A stretch of 41,173 nt of DNA, from positions 1 to 41,173 of IMG/VR virus record IMGVR_UViG_3300017544_000004. The stretch is one strand, 5' to 3'. The translations under genes and the position numbers were made by a program. This DNA is from a virus. Taxonomy: Duplodnaviria; Caudoviricetes. The notes under the pieces were generated by a model, which was not told the DNA's origin, ran no database searches, and was given only the letters and a program-made list of their open reading frames with translations. Positions 1 through 7,396 of the stretch are shown in pieces (positions within the stretch are counted from its first letter, which is position 1; each line of letters begins with the position of its first letter).

Positions 1-47
1 GAATCTCGCTGCTATAGGCGCGGCCTGCCCGGCGAAGGCTAGGCTGC

Positions 48-122
48 TCCCCGATAGCTCAGCGGTAGAGCATTCGACTGTTAATCGAATGGCCGTAGGT
101 TCGAATCCTACTCGGGGAGCCA
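48..122 (+). tRNA. tRNA-Asn (GTT), prophage integration target
   Basis: Cloverleaf: acceptor TCCCCGA/TCGGGGA, D arm, anticodon stem TTCGA/TCGAA with loop CTGTTAA (GTT at 80-82), GGTTCGAATCC T arm, encoded CCA end. Confidence 0.97.
103..122 (+). repeat. attL core (20 bp, tRNA 3' end)
   Basis: GAATCCTACTCGGGGAGCCA, identical to 41021-41040. Confidence 0.96.
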
Positions 123-236
123 AATCCTTGTTTCTGGCGGCATCAAGCAGCGCCAAAACCCTTGCAAATCAGCGCCTTTCCTCACAAGCATAGTCTCATG
201 CGGAATCAATGGGGTTCACCCCAGCGCTCCCATTTC

Positions 237-265
237 GGGGGCACAATCGGGGGCATTGGGGGCAC
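237..265 (+). promoter_or_regulatory. Integrase arm-type sites (GGGGCA x3)
   Basis: Tandem GGGGCAC/GGGGCAT repeats just before int; the same motif recurs inside attR at 40943-40963. Confidence 0.65.
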
Positions 266-268
266 GGC

Positions 269-1519
269 ATGTTGACGGATGTCCGTTGCCGAACGGCGAA
301 GCCGAAGGAGAAGCCCTACAAGCTCTCGGACGCTCACGGCTTGTATCTTTACGTCATGCCATCAGGCACCCGCTCCTGGCGATTGAAATATCGATTCGGC
401 GGCAAGGAACATCGGCTGACGTTCGGCACCTACCCGGACATGACACTGGTCGAGGCGCGCGAGGCGCGGGAAGCTGCGCGCAAACTCTTGCGGGAGGGCA
501 TCAACCCCAAGGTCGACAAGAAACAGCGGCAGGCCGTCGCCGCAATCGAGAACGGAAACACGTTCGAAGCCATCGCACGGCAATGGCATGCCCAGCAGGA
601 GAAAATCCGGGCGCAGCGCTATGCGGGACAGATTCTCGACCGACTGGAGGCGGACGCGTTCCCGGCGATCGGCGCACTTCCCATCAAGGCGATCACGCCA
701 GCCCTTCTATTGGCGCTCATCCGCGCGATCGAAGGACGCGGGGCTATCGAGATGGCGCATCGGGTGCGTCAGCACATATCGGCGATCTTCGTCTTCGCAA
801 TCGGAGCCGGCTGGGCGGAAGCGAATCCAGCCGCCACGATCCAGCCCGTGCTGGAACCGCGGCGCAAGGCTTTGCGACCCGCAGTGCTGAAGATCGAACA
901 AGCGAGGAAGGTCTTGCGGGACGTCGAATCGCAGGAGGACGCCTATGTCGTCACGAAGCTGGCGTCCCGCATGCTGGCACTGACCGTTGTGCGTCCCGGC
1001 GTGTTGCGTTTGGCCGAACCGAAGGAATTCGAGGATCTGGACGGCAAGAACCCGATCTGGCGCATTCCGGCGGCGAAAATGAAGCTGACGCGCGAACGCA
1101 AGCAGGATGCGAGCTACGAGTTTGTTGTTCCACTGAGCGCGCAGGCTGTCGAAACCGCAAAGGCCGCGATGGAACTGGCGGGACCGAAGCCACTTCTTTT
1201 CCCCAGCGTCCGTTACTCCGATCGTGCGATCACGGACAGCACGTTGAGCAAGCTCTATCGCGCGGCGGGTTACGCCGGCAAGCATGTGCCGCACGGATGG
1301 CGCGCGACCTTCTCGACCGTGATGAACGAGCTGGCCGGCCGCGAAAACCGCGTTGGCGATCGCGAGGTGATCGACCTTATGCTGGCCCACATACAGGAAG
1401 GGGTCGAAGCCGCTTACAACCGCGCGGCCTATATGCCACGCCGGCGCGAACTGGCGCAGGAATGGGCGGACATGCTTATGAAAGCAATGCCGCCCGCCCG
1501 TGCGCTGTCGAAGGGCTGA
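269..1519 (+). CDS. int: P4-like tyrosine integrase (Int1) with arm-binding domain
   Basis: MLTDVRCRTAKP...DAHGLYL N-terminus; catalytic R (VRPG), K, HGWR, H (LAH), Y (AYNR); adjacent to attL; ATG 269 preferred over 209. Confidence 0.95.
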   Translation: MLTDVRCRTAKPKEKPYKLSDAHGLYLYVMPSGTRSWRLKYRFGGKEHRLTFGTYPDMTLVEAREAREAARKLLREGINPKVDKKQRQAVAAIENGNTFEAIARQWHAQQEKIRAQRYAGQILDRLEADAFPAIGALPIKAITPALLLALIRAIEGRGAIEMAHRVRQHISAIFVFAIGAGWAEANPAATIQPVLEPRRKALRPAVLKIEQARKVLRDVESQEDAYVVTKLASRMLALTVVRPGVLRLAEPKEFEDLDGKNPIWRIPAAKMKLTRERKQDASYEFVVPLSAQAVETAKAAMELAGPKPLLFPSVRYSDRAITDSTLSKLYRAAGYAGKHVPHGWRATFSTVMNELAGRENRVGDREVIDLMLAHIQEGVEAAYNRAAYMPRRRELAQEWADMLMKAMPPARALSKG

Positions 1520-1547
1520 CATTTCCTCACGCCCGGGAGGCGCGGTC

Positions 1548-2264
1548 ATGACCGCGTATTCCTTTGGGCAGGTCGCAGACCGCTTCGTCGCCAACCGCAA
1601 GCCCGGCCGGCGCACCGAGCAGCCCGTCCGGCGCAACAGCTATGACATCGACGATCGTCGCGCGCAGGTCTTCCGGCCGATCGGCGACGGAACGCTCAAG
1701 GGCGCCATGCGGTGGCGCGACAAATATATGCAGGTCGCCAAGGAATATGACCGGCAGATGAAGAAGAAGGGGGAGCGTCATCCCATCGGTGCGAACGCGC
1801 TGCGCGTTCTCGAGGCGCTGCTCTGGCACAAGGGCATCGACTTCAAGACCGGGCGCCTCGACCCGGCGATCGCCACCATTCAGGACGTCACCGGCTTTGC
1901 GCGCAAGACCGTCATCGACGCGCTCGCGCGCCTCCGCGACCACGGCTTCCTGAGCTGGATCAGGCGCACGGAAAGGACCGGCAATGAGAAAGGCTTCGGC
2001 CCCCAGGTGAAACAGGCGACCAACGCCTATTTCTTCGATCCCGCGCGCCTGGCCAAGCGCGCCCTGATGCGCCTGCGCCAGCTTCTCAGGCGAACGGGCG
2101 ATTCCCCTCCCTCCAGCCCGCAGAACGGCAACCATGCTGCTCCAGCGCCCTCTGTCAGCCAGAATAACCCCGAATTAGAAGGAGTTCTTGCTCGTATCGA
2201 CAACGCCTTGGAAACAAGGGATGCGAGTTCAGAGAGCCGTCGGAATCACGCATCCAGAAATTAA
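1548..2264 (+). CDS. Helix-turn-helix replication-initiator-like protein (plasmid RepA-type)
   Basis: GGGAGG RBS; TGRLDPAIATIQDVTGFARKTVIDALARLRDHGFLSWIRR...QATNAY winged-HTH pattern. Confidence 0.7.
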   Translation: MTAYSFGQVADRFVANRKPGRRTEQPVRRNSYDIDDRRAQVFRPIGDGTLKGAMRWRDKYMQVAKEYDRQMKKKGERHPIGANALRVLEALLWHKGIDFKTGRLDPAIATIQDVTGFARKTVIDALARLRDHGFLSWIRRTERTGNEKGFGPQVKQATNAYFFDPARLAKRALMRLRQLLRRTGDSPPSSPQNGNHAAPAPSVSQNNPELEGVLARIDNALETRDASSESRRNHASRN

Positions 2265-2362
2265 GAGGGAAAAGGACTGCCTTCGGCAGACGTAGTTAGC
2301 GGGATATTCCAACACCCTCGCGCCCACTTGGCACCGCCACCCTTGCGACGCACCGCAGGGGA

Positions 2363-2404
2363 CGGGGAGGCTTTGCCTCCCCGCTGGCTCTCCAGAGGAG
2401 CCAG
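2363..2404. terminator. Tandem hairpins between convergent rep and adenine MTase genes
   Basis: CGGGGAGGC-ttt-GCCTCCCCG and CTGGCTC-7nt-GAGCCAG; no U tract, so function is uncertain. Confidence 0.4.
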
Positions 2405-2446
2405 AGGTTGGGATCGCCCTCCCCTGCCCGCGTCTCCCGCAACGGC

Positions 2447-3274
2447 TCAGTCGAGCGCGAAATTGCTGATGATCAACTCACCCACCTTCTTCGCCCGGCC
2501 GGTCGCCTTCGTCGCGATCGAATAGCTGGTCTCGATCTCCATCATGTGAAAACCGGCAAAACAGTCGCGCACCCCCGGCGTATCATTGATCGAGAGCAGG
2601 AATTTCCCCGCCGCCCCCTTCATCTGGGCCGCGATCGCGGTGAAATCAGCCTTCGAAAACAGCCCCGCGCCATAGTCTCCCTCGCAATCCCAGTAAGGGG
2701 GATCGAGGTAGAACAGCATCCCCGGCCGGTCATAGCGCCGGATGAATTCGCCAAAGGGCAGCTGCTCAATGACGACCGGGGCCAGGCGGTCGCGGATCGC
2801 CGGCAGGGTCGCCCGCAGGCGCGCCAGATTGAACCGCGCCGGCGCATGTCGATCGACACCGAAATTCCGGCCCTTTATCTTGCCGCCGAAGGCCAGGCGC
2901 TGGAGATAGAGGAAACGCGCAGCGCGTTCGATATCGGTGAGCGTCGACGGGTCTACCTTCTTGAACCGGTCGAACTCGGCCCGGCTGGCGAGCAGCCACT
3001 CCAGTTCGTCGACCAGCGCCTGATAATGGCGGCGAACCACGCGGAAAAACGTCGTGATGTCGCCGAAGATATCGTTGATGAATTCGGCGCGGGGACGGCG
3101 CATCCGGCGGAAGAAGATGCCGCCCATGCCGACGCACGGCTCGGCATAGCCGTCATGGTCAACGGATTCGATGATGGCGCAGATCCGGCGGGCCAGATTG
3201 CGCTTGCCGCCAAGATAACCGGCGGCCGGAGAAATGGGTGTAACGGACGAAAGAACAGAATGATCGAAAGACAT
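2447..3274 (-). CDS. DNA adenine (N6) methyltransferase, Dam/D12 class
   Basis: YLGGK, EPxxGxGG, IND, YLDPPY, LSIND motifs. Confidence 0.93.
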   Translation of the reverse strand: MSFDHSVLSSVTPISPAAGYLGGKRNLARRICAIIESVDHDGYAEPCVGMGGIFFRRMRRPRAEFINDIFGDITTFFRVVRRHYQALVDELEWLLASRAEFDRFKKVDPSTLTDIERAARFLYLQRLAFGGKIKGRNFGVDRHAPARFNLARLRATLPAIRDRLAPVVIEQLPFGEFIRRYDRPGMLFYLDPPYWDCEGDYGAGLFSKADFTAIAAQMKGAAGKFLLSINDTPGVRDCFAGFHMMEIETSYSIATKATGRAKKVGELIISNFALD

Positions 3275-3343
3275 GCGAAAAACAGGCTCCGTGGTGCCCG
3301 CCTGGACGGCGAGCGCCGCAAGAATGGAAAAATGGAAAGGGCG

Positions 3344-4300
3344 TCAGGCGTCCGTTAGGACGAAGCCGCGCGCTCGGGGAGGTTCGCCGCGGTGAGCAGC
3401 TGAGAGAGTGCGCCACGCGATCGCCGCAGCCATGCTGCAAACCCCGTTACCGGCTGCGCGGGTGCGGTCCAGCCGATCGGCCAGCCCATCAGATGTTCGC
3501 AGAAACGCGGGTTGCAGATCATTTCGCTGAGCGTCGATCCGGGTCCATGCTCGAAAATCACCCGGACCGGGGGCGAAGAGGGGAACGTCGCTCGTTCGGG
3601 CTTCAGGCCCAGACTGGTGACCATCTGCCAAAAATGGGTCCAGACGCGCGCCGCCGAACTGATCCCGATCTGCTCGCCGCTGCCGTTCGCCGTGTTGAGG
3701 CGCGATACGATCCGGAACGCTCCCTTGTCGATCATCAGGTCGGGAAAGTTTCCCGCGTCGCTGGCCGTCGGCGTGGGCCAGGATGAAAATTCGCCGCCGG
3801 CGATGGCTTGCGCCTGCTTCTCGCGCCGTGAACAGGCCTGCCTTTGGCGTGTAGCCCATTCCGCGAAGGCACTCGGCGACGTCGGCAAGTCCCAGATCGA
3901 TATGGCCTTCGACATTTTCGCAGAAGATCCATTCGGGACCGATCTCTCCGGCGATCCGGGCGACGTCGGGCCACAGGTGCCGGGGATCGTCCGTTCCCCG
4001 GCGTTTTCCAGCGCGGCTGAAGGGCTGGCAGGGATAACCGGCAGAGACGATATGAACGCGGCCGCGCCATGGTCGGCCATCGAAGGATCGCAGATCGTCC
4101 CAAATAAGGGCTTCGCCCAGGGACGCGTCTTCCATCCGGGCCACGAGGGTGGCCGCAGCATGGGCTTCCCGCTCGACATAAGCCACAGTCCGATATCCCG
4201 GCTCTGCGATGTGCAGGCCAAGATCAAGCCCGCCATATCCGGCGCATAGTGAGACGCCGCGCAACTCGCGGTCATCAACGCGGGGGGAATGTAGATCCAC
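3344..4300 (-). CDS. C5 cytosine DNA methyltransferase, catalytic (alpha) chain lacking motif IX
   Basis: Motifs I (SLCAGYGG), IV (GYPCQPFS), VI (ENV), VIII (HRRRRIF), X (RAAGNGV); GTG start after AAGGAGG. Confidence 0.92.
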   Translation of the reverse strand: MDLHSPRVDDRELRGVSLCAGYGGLDLGLHIAEPGYRTVAYVEREAHAAATLVARMEDASLGEALIWDDLRSFDGRPWRGRVHIVSAGYPCQPFSRAGKRRGTDDPRHLWPDVARIAGEIGPEWIFCENVEGHIDLGLADVAECLRGMGYTPKAGLFTAREAGASHRRRRIFILAHADGQRRGKLSRPDDRQGSVPDRIAPQHGERQRRADRDQFGGARLDPFLADGHQSGPEARTSDVPLFAPGPGDFRAWTRIDAQRNDLQPAFLRTSDGLADRLDRTRAAGNGVCSMAAAIAWRTLSAAHRGEPPRARGFVLTDA

Positions 4301-4302
4301 AA
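3355..4302 (-). CDS. Overlapping alternative-frame protein, putative methyltransferase beta chain (TRD plus motif IX)
   Basis: 315 open codons on the same strand; WPTPTASD and NPRFCEHLMGWPIGWT (motif IX-like); TTG start 6 nt after AAGGAGG; true start could be further downstream. Confidence 0.75.
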   Translation of the reverse strand: MWIYIPPALMTASCAASHYAPDMAGLILACTSQSRDIGLWLMSSGKPMLRPPSWPGWKTRPWAKPLFGTICDPSMADHGAAAFISSLPVIPASPSAALENAGERTIPGTCGPTSPGSPERSVPNGSSAKMSKAISIWDLPTSPSAFAEWATRQRQACSRREKQAQAIAGGEFSSWPTPTASDAGNFPDLMIDKGAFRIVSRLNTANGSGEQIGISSAARVWTHFWQMVTSLGLKPERATFPSSPPVRVIFEHGPGSTLSEMICNPRFCEHLMGWPIGWTAPAQPVTGFAAWLRRSRGALSQLLTAANLPERAASS

Positions 4303-4493
4303 TGTAAGCCTCCTTCTGCCGCTCGGCTGGCGGTCGGTTGGGGGCTCGTGGGCCTCAAACAATTGAAGCTGCCGCAGCGGCGGCACTTGATCTCGATGAC
4401 GCCGGCGATGGCATCCGGATCGCATTTGAACAGGAGAGCGCGGCAAGACGCGCATTTCATCGGAACGGTTACGGAATGAGTTGACGAGAACAT
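4275..4493 (-). CDS. com: Mu Com-family zinc-finger translational regulator
   Basis: MKCASCRALLFK...IEIKCRRCGSFN (CxxC...KCxRC); overlaps the start of the downstream modification gene, as com does with mom; alternative start 4460. Confidence 0.85.
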   Translation of the reverse strand: MFSSTHSVTVPMKCASCRALLFKCDPDAIAGVIEIKCRRCGSFNCLRPTSPQPTASRAAEGGLHCGSTFPPR

Positions 4494-4510
4494 GGAACTT
4501 CGCTCCAAGA

Positions 4511-4617
4511 CCCCCGCCCGTTGCGCGGGTGCGGGGCGGCCAGTCGGCCAGCTGTGTCGTGGCGAGGTGTATTCTCGTCGGTTCGCCGGGTTGCCGCCCG
4601 GAGACCCCCCGCTCCCG
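4511..4617 (+). ncRNA. Candidate cloverleaf small RNA antisense to the com leader
   Basis: Closing stem 4526-4536/4607-4617 with three internal hairpins; G-U pairs favour the + strand; TTGACG at 4481-4486. Confidence 0.4.
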
Positions 4618-4677
4618 GCGTCGATCGACGCGGACAACGGCGGAAACTCATGATTTTATGTGGGAAGGCACATTAAT

Positions 4678-5850
4678 TTATGTGCCCAGCATCTCTCCCC
4701 AGCGCTGGAAAAGGGCGCGCCGCTGATCGAGCAGCTTGGCGCGGTTATAGGCATATTCGCTTTCGCTCTCGCCCTTGGGCGTGTGGGCCAGCGCCATGTC
4801 GATCGCGGCCCGCTCCTGGCGGAACTGCTCGTTCATGATGGTGGAGAATGTCGCGCGCCATCCGTGCGGCACATGGCGCCCGGCATAGCCCGCGCGGGCA
4901 TAGAGCGCGCCGATCGCGGCGGGCCGGATCGGGAAGACCGAAGAACGGGCATCATACCCGTTCTTTTTCACGGCCTTCAGCACCGCGACTGCTGCGGCGG
5001 ACAGCGGCACGATATGATCGTTCTCCGGATCGGCCTTGCGCGCCTTCTTCAACTTCATGCGCGCAGCCGGAACGCGCCACAGCGGCGCATCGCCGTCCAG
5101 ATCCTTGACCTCGTCCCACGTCATGCCGATCAGCGCGCCCATACGGACGGCGGTCAATGCCAGGAACCGCGACGCAAGCCGCACGATCGGCGGTCCCCCT
5201 GCCCGTTCGCAGGCGGCGAGCAGCGCGCGCGCGTCGTAGATATCGGTGAGCGCCGGTTGCCGTCTGGACGGCGCGGGCGGCCGCAGGGCCTCGCCCACGT
5301 CGACGGCCGGGTTCTTCTCGGCGAGGCCCTGCGCGATCGCGAAGGAAAAGACGGCGGAGATCCGCTGGCGGAGCCGCCGCGCCGTTTCGATCGAGCCGCG
5401 ACGCTCGACGTCGCGCAACACCTGAAGCACGGCCGGCGCGCCGATCGCGCCGATCGGCGACGGCCCCAGCTCGGGGAAGACGTCCCGTGCCAGGCTGTCG
5501 ATGACGTCGGCCGCGTGGCGCTCCGTCCAGTTCTCCCGCTTCAGCCCATGCCATTCGCGCGCGACGGATTCGAACGTCCGGATCTGGCGCGCAGCGCGCG
5601 AGCCGCCCGACGGGTCGACGCCCTGGGCGACAAGCCCCCTCGCCTCCTCCGCCTGGTCGCGCGCGTCGATAAGCAGCACGTCGGGCCATTGGCCCAGGCA
5701 CAGCAGCTTCTCGCGCCCGTCGATCCGATATTTGAGCCGCCAACTCCGCAATCCGCCCGGCGTCACGAACAGGAAAAGCCCCCGTTCGTCGAACATCTTG
5801 TAGGCGCGCGATCGCGGCCGCGCGGCTTTCACCGCAGCGTTGGAGAGCAT
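4678..5850 (-). CDS. int: Second P4-like tyrosine integrase (Int2)
   Basis: Arm-binding N-terminus (DERGLFLFVTPGG); R (TAVR), K, HGWR, H (LAH), Y (AYNR) all present. Confidence 0.93.
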   Translation of the reverse strand: MLSNAAVKAARPRSRAYKMFDERGLFLFVTPGGLRSWRLKYRIDGREKLLCLGQWPDVLLIDARDQAEEARGLVAQGVDPSGGSRAARQIRTFESVAREWHGLKRENWTERHAADVIDSLARDVFPELGPSPIGAIGAPAVLQVLRDVERRGSIETARRLRQRISAVFSFAIAQGLAEKNPAVDVGEALRPPAPSRRQPALTDIYDARALLAACERAGGPPIVRLASRFLALTAVRMGALIGMTWDEVKDLDGDAPLWRVPAARMKLKKARKADPENDHIVPLSAAAVAVLKAVKKNGYDARSSVFPIRPAAIGALYARAGYAGRHVPHGWRATFSTIMNEQFRQERAAIDMALAHTPKGESESEYAYNRAKLLDQRRALFQRWGEMLGT

Positions 5851-5940
5851 ACTAAACCTCGATTGATGGGGTAGTTATTCGATAACCGAGCTAGACGGCT
5901 GAATTTGCTAAGCTACACGTACCGAACGTGAGGGGGAAAC

Positions 5941-6720
5941 ATGGGCCGGGCTAAACAGAAAAAGCAGCTATTCTTCGCAACTCACCCTATTTGCTTCAAC
6001 TGCGGAGCGGGTGCGACCACCATAGATCACGTTCCGTCTCGTGAGTGCTTCATTGGACGCGTTGGGCCTGAAGGTTTCGAATTTCCGGCTTGCGGAGATT
6101 GCAACAAAAAGGTGGCGCAGATTGAGCAGGCAGTCGCCTTGCTCATACGCTTAGCAGATTTCTCCGAAAACCTTGATGAAGGTCAGTTTGCCAAGCTTGT
6201 TCGCGGTGTGAAAAACAACACGCCTGAGCTTCTGCCGTCAGACTTTTCAACCCTTCGGGAAAAGCGCAATTGGCTAAAAAATATCGGCCTCGAACCTCGA
6301 CGAGGTGAAACGATTGCAGATGTTCCTGTAATGAAAATGAGGCCGGGCTGGCGCGATGCATTTCACGCGTTTGCGCGAAAGCTGCTAGCGGCTCTTTATT
6401 ATAAGGAAATGGGACGGCTCCTACCCAACGATAGTCTCATGCGAACCATTTTTACTCAATTTGTGGATGGCCAAGGGCGCGAACTAGTTGAGAAGCTTTT
6501 AACAATGCTGCCCGAAATTAGAGTTGGCGAAAGACGTAATACCTCTATCGGTAGTCAGTTCACTTATATCTTTGGCAAAAAAGATGAAGCTGGATTATTC
6601 GTTTTCTGTGCTCAGTTTAGCCGCGCCTGGTTCATCGTTGGCGTGGCAGCTCGACCCTCAGATGTTGGTGATCGTCAAGGCTACATTTCGCATGCAGAAA
6701 ATTTAGCGCTCACATATTAG
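5941..6720 (+). CDS. HNH endonuclease-like cargo protein
   Basis: CFNCG...TIDHVP...PACGDCN zinc/HNH pattern; lower GC; GAGGGGG RBS. Confidence 0.75.
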   Translation: MGRAKQKKQLFFATHPICFNCGAGATTIDHVPSRECFIGRVGPEGFEFPACGDCNKKVAQIEQAVALLIRLADFSENLDEGQFAKLVRGVKNNTPELLPSDFSTLREKRNWLKNIGLEPRRGETIADVPVMKMRPGWRDAFHAFARKLLAALYYKEMGRLLPNDSLMRTIFTQFVDGQGRELVEKLLTMLPEIRVGERRNTSIGSQFTYIFGKKDEAGLFVFCAQFSRAWFIVGVAARPSDVGDRQGYISHAENLALTY

Positions 6721-6739
6721 CCTTTGAAGGTTCCGCCAG

Positions 6740-6839
6740 GACGGACAATCCCTCCGTCGCGTGATTCCAAAAAATAGCGGATTTCCGTGTTTTTCGCGGC
6801 ATGGGGAAAGGGGTCGATACCCCACGCGATACCCCATCA
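6740..6839. other. Putative att-like site for Int2 (symmetric core plus arm repeats)
   Basis: GACGGA-CAATCCC-TCCGTC (6-bp inverted repeat, 7-bp spacer) at 6740-6758; CGATACCCCA repeated at 6815-6824 and 6827-6836. Confidence 0.55.
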
Positions 6840-6866
6840 TTTCGCCGCGAAGGCAGCAGGCCGGAT

Positions 6867-7133
6867 TTAGGCCGTCGCGCTGATTTCTGTGTTTTTTCGC
6901 AACTGATGACGGATAGCGCATCGCAAGGCTGGCAGCATTTTCACCAGCACTTGCAGTTCACGCATGGCCCCGTCCTGATAGCCCCGTTGATATGAGTCTA
7001 TGGTTTCCGGTCGGCCAAGCACGCCCGGAGCCGGAAAAAGCATTTCAATTCGATCTTCGTCGCCAAGCCTGAGAATGGCGTGATGATGCGCCATCCTTTC
7101 CGCGATGGCTTTCGCCAACTCATCATAAGGCAT
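6867..7133 (-). CDS. Hypothetical protein (88 aa)
   Basis: GGGGGAA RBS before ATG 7133; AT-rich upstream region; no recognisable domain. Confidence 0.5.
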   Translation of the reverse strand: MPYDELAKAIAERMAHHHAILRLGDEDRIEMLFPAPGVLGRPETIDSYQRGYQDGAMRELQVLVKMLPALRCAIRHQLRKNTEISATA

Positions 7134-7246
7134 AGTAGTAGTTCCCCCGCGCCCAGCGATTTCCGCTGCGGCTGGAGTCACATAGCTAACTGAATTAATA
7201 GGGAAACAAAAAATTAATCATATGTAATCTGTTCACGGCAAATTCA

Positions 7247-7363
7247 TTAAGATGACTTCCGCCGCAGGCGGGTGCACCAGCGCAAAACCGCGTGTCGATT
7301 GCGAAATACCAGGGCCAGCCCCACAAGATTTCCGGCAATGAACCAGGCGGCATGCGTCATCAT
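7247..7363 (-). CDS. Small hydrophobic peptide (38 aa), absent from the ORF track
   Basis: AAGGAGAT-ATG-ATG; MMTHAAWFIAGNLVGLALVFRNRHAVLRWCTRLRRKSS*. Confidence 0.6.
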   Translation of the reverse strand: MMTHAAWFIAGNLVGLALVFRNRHAVLRWCTRLRRKSS

Positions 7364-7396
7364 ATCTCCTTGGCGCGACCTCGATTAATCCTGCAT

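Noticed and set aside
256-1551. 431-aa alternative-frame ORF over int1
   Set aside because: Arg/Gly-rich with no motifs, typical GC-rich shadow frame; unlike the MTase second frame it carries nothing recognisable
3325-3335. TGGAAAAATGG shared with the - strand of 31298-31308
   Set aside because: An 11-mer match is expected by chance in 41 kb, and the orientation relative to the downstream genes differs
4488-4498. GAAC-ATG-GAAC as a LexA box near com
   Set aside because: Spacing is 3 nt, not 7
6730-6760. Second tRNA gene near AATCCCTCCG
   Set aside because: No cloverleaf; better explained as a recombinase core site
7195-7228. Possible CtrA box in the AT-rich region
   Set aside because: TTAA half-sites are not spaced by 7 nt
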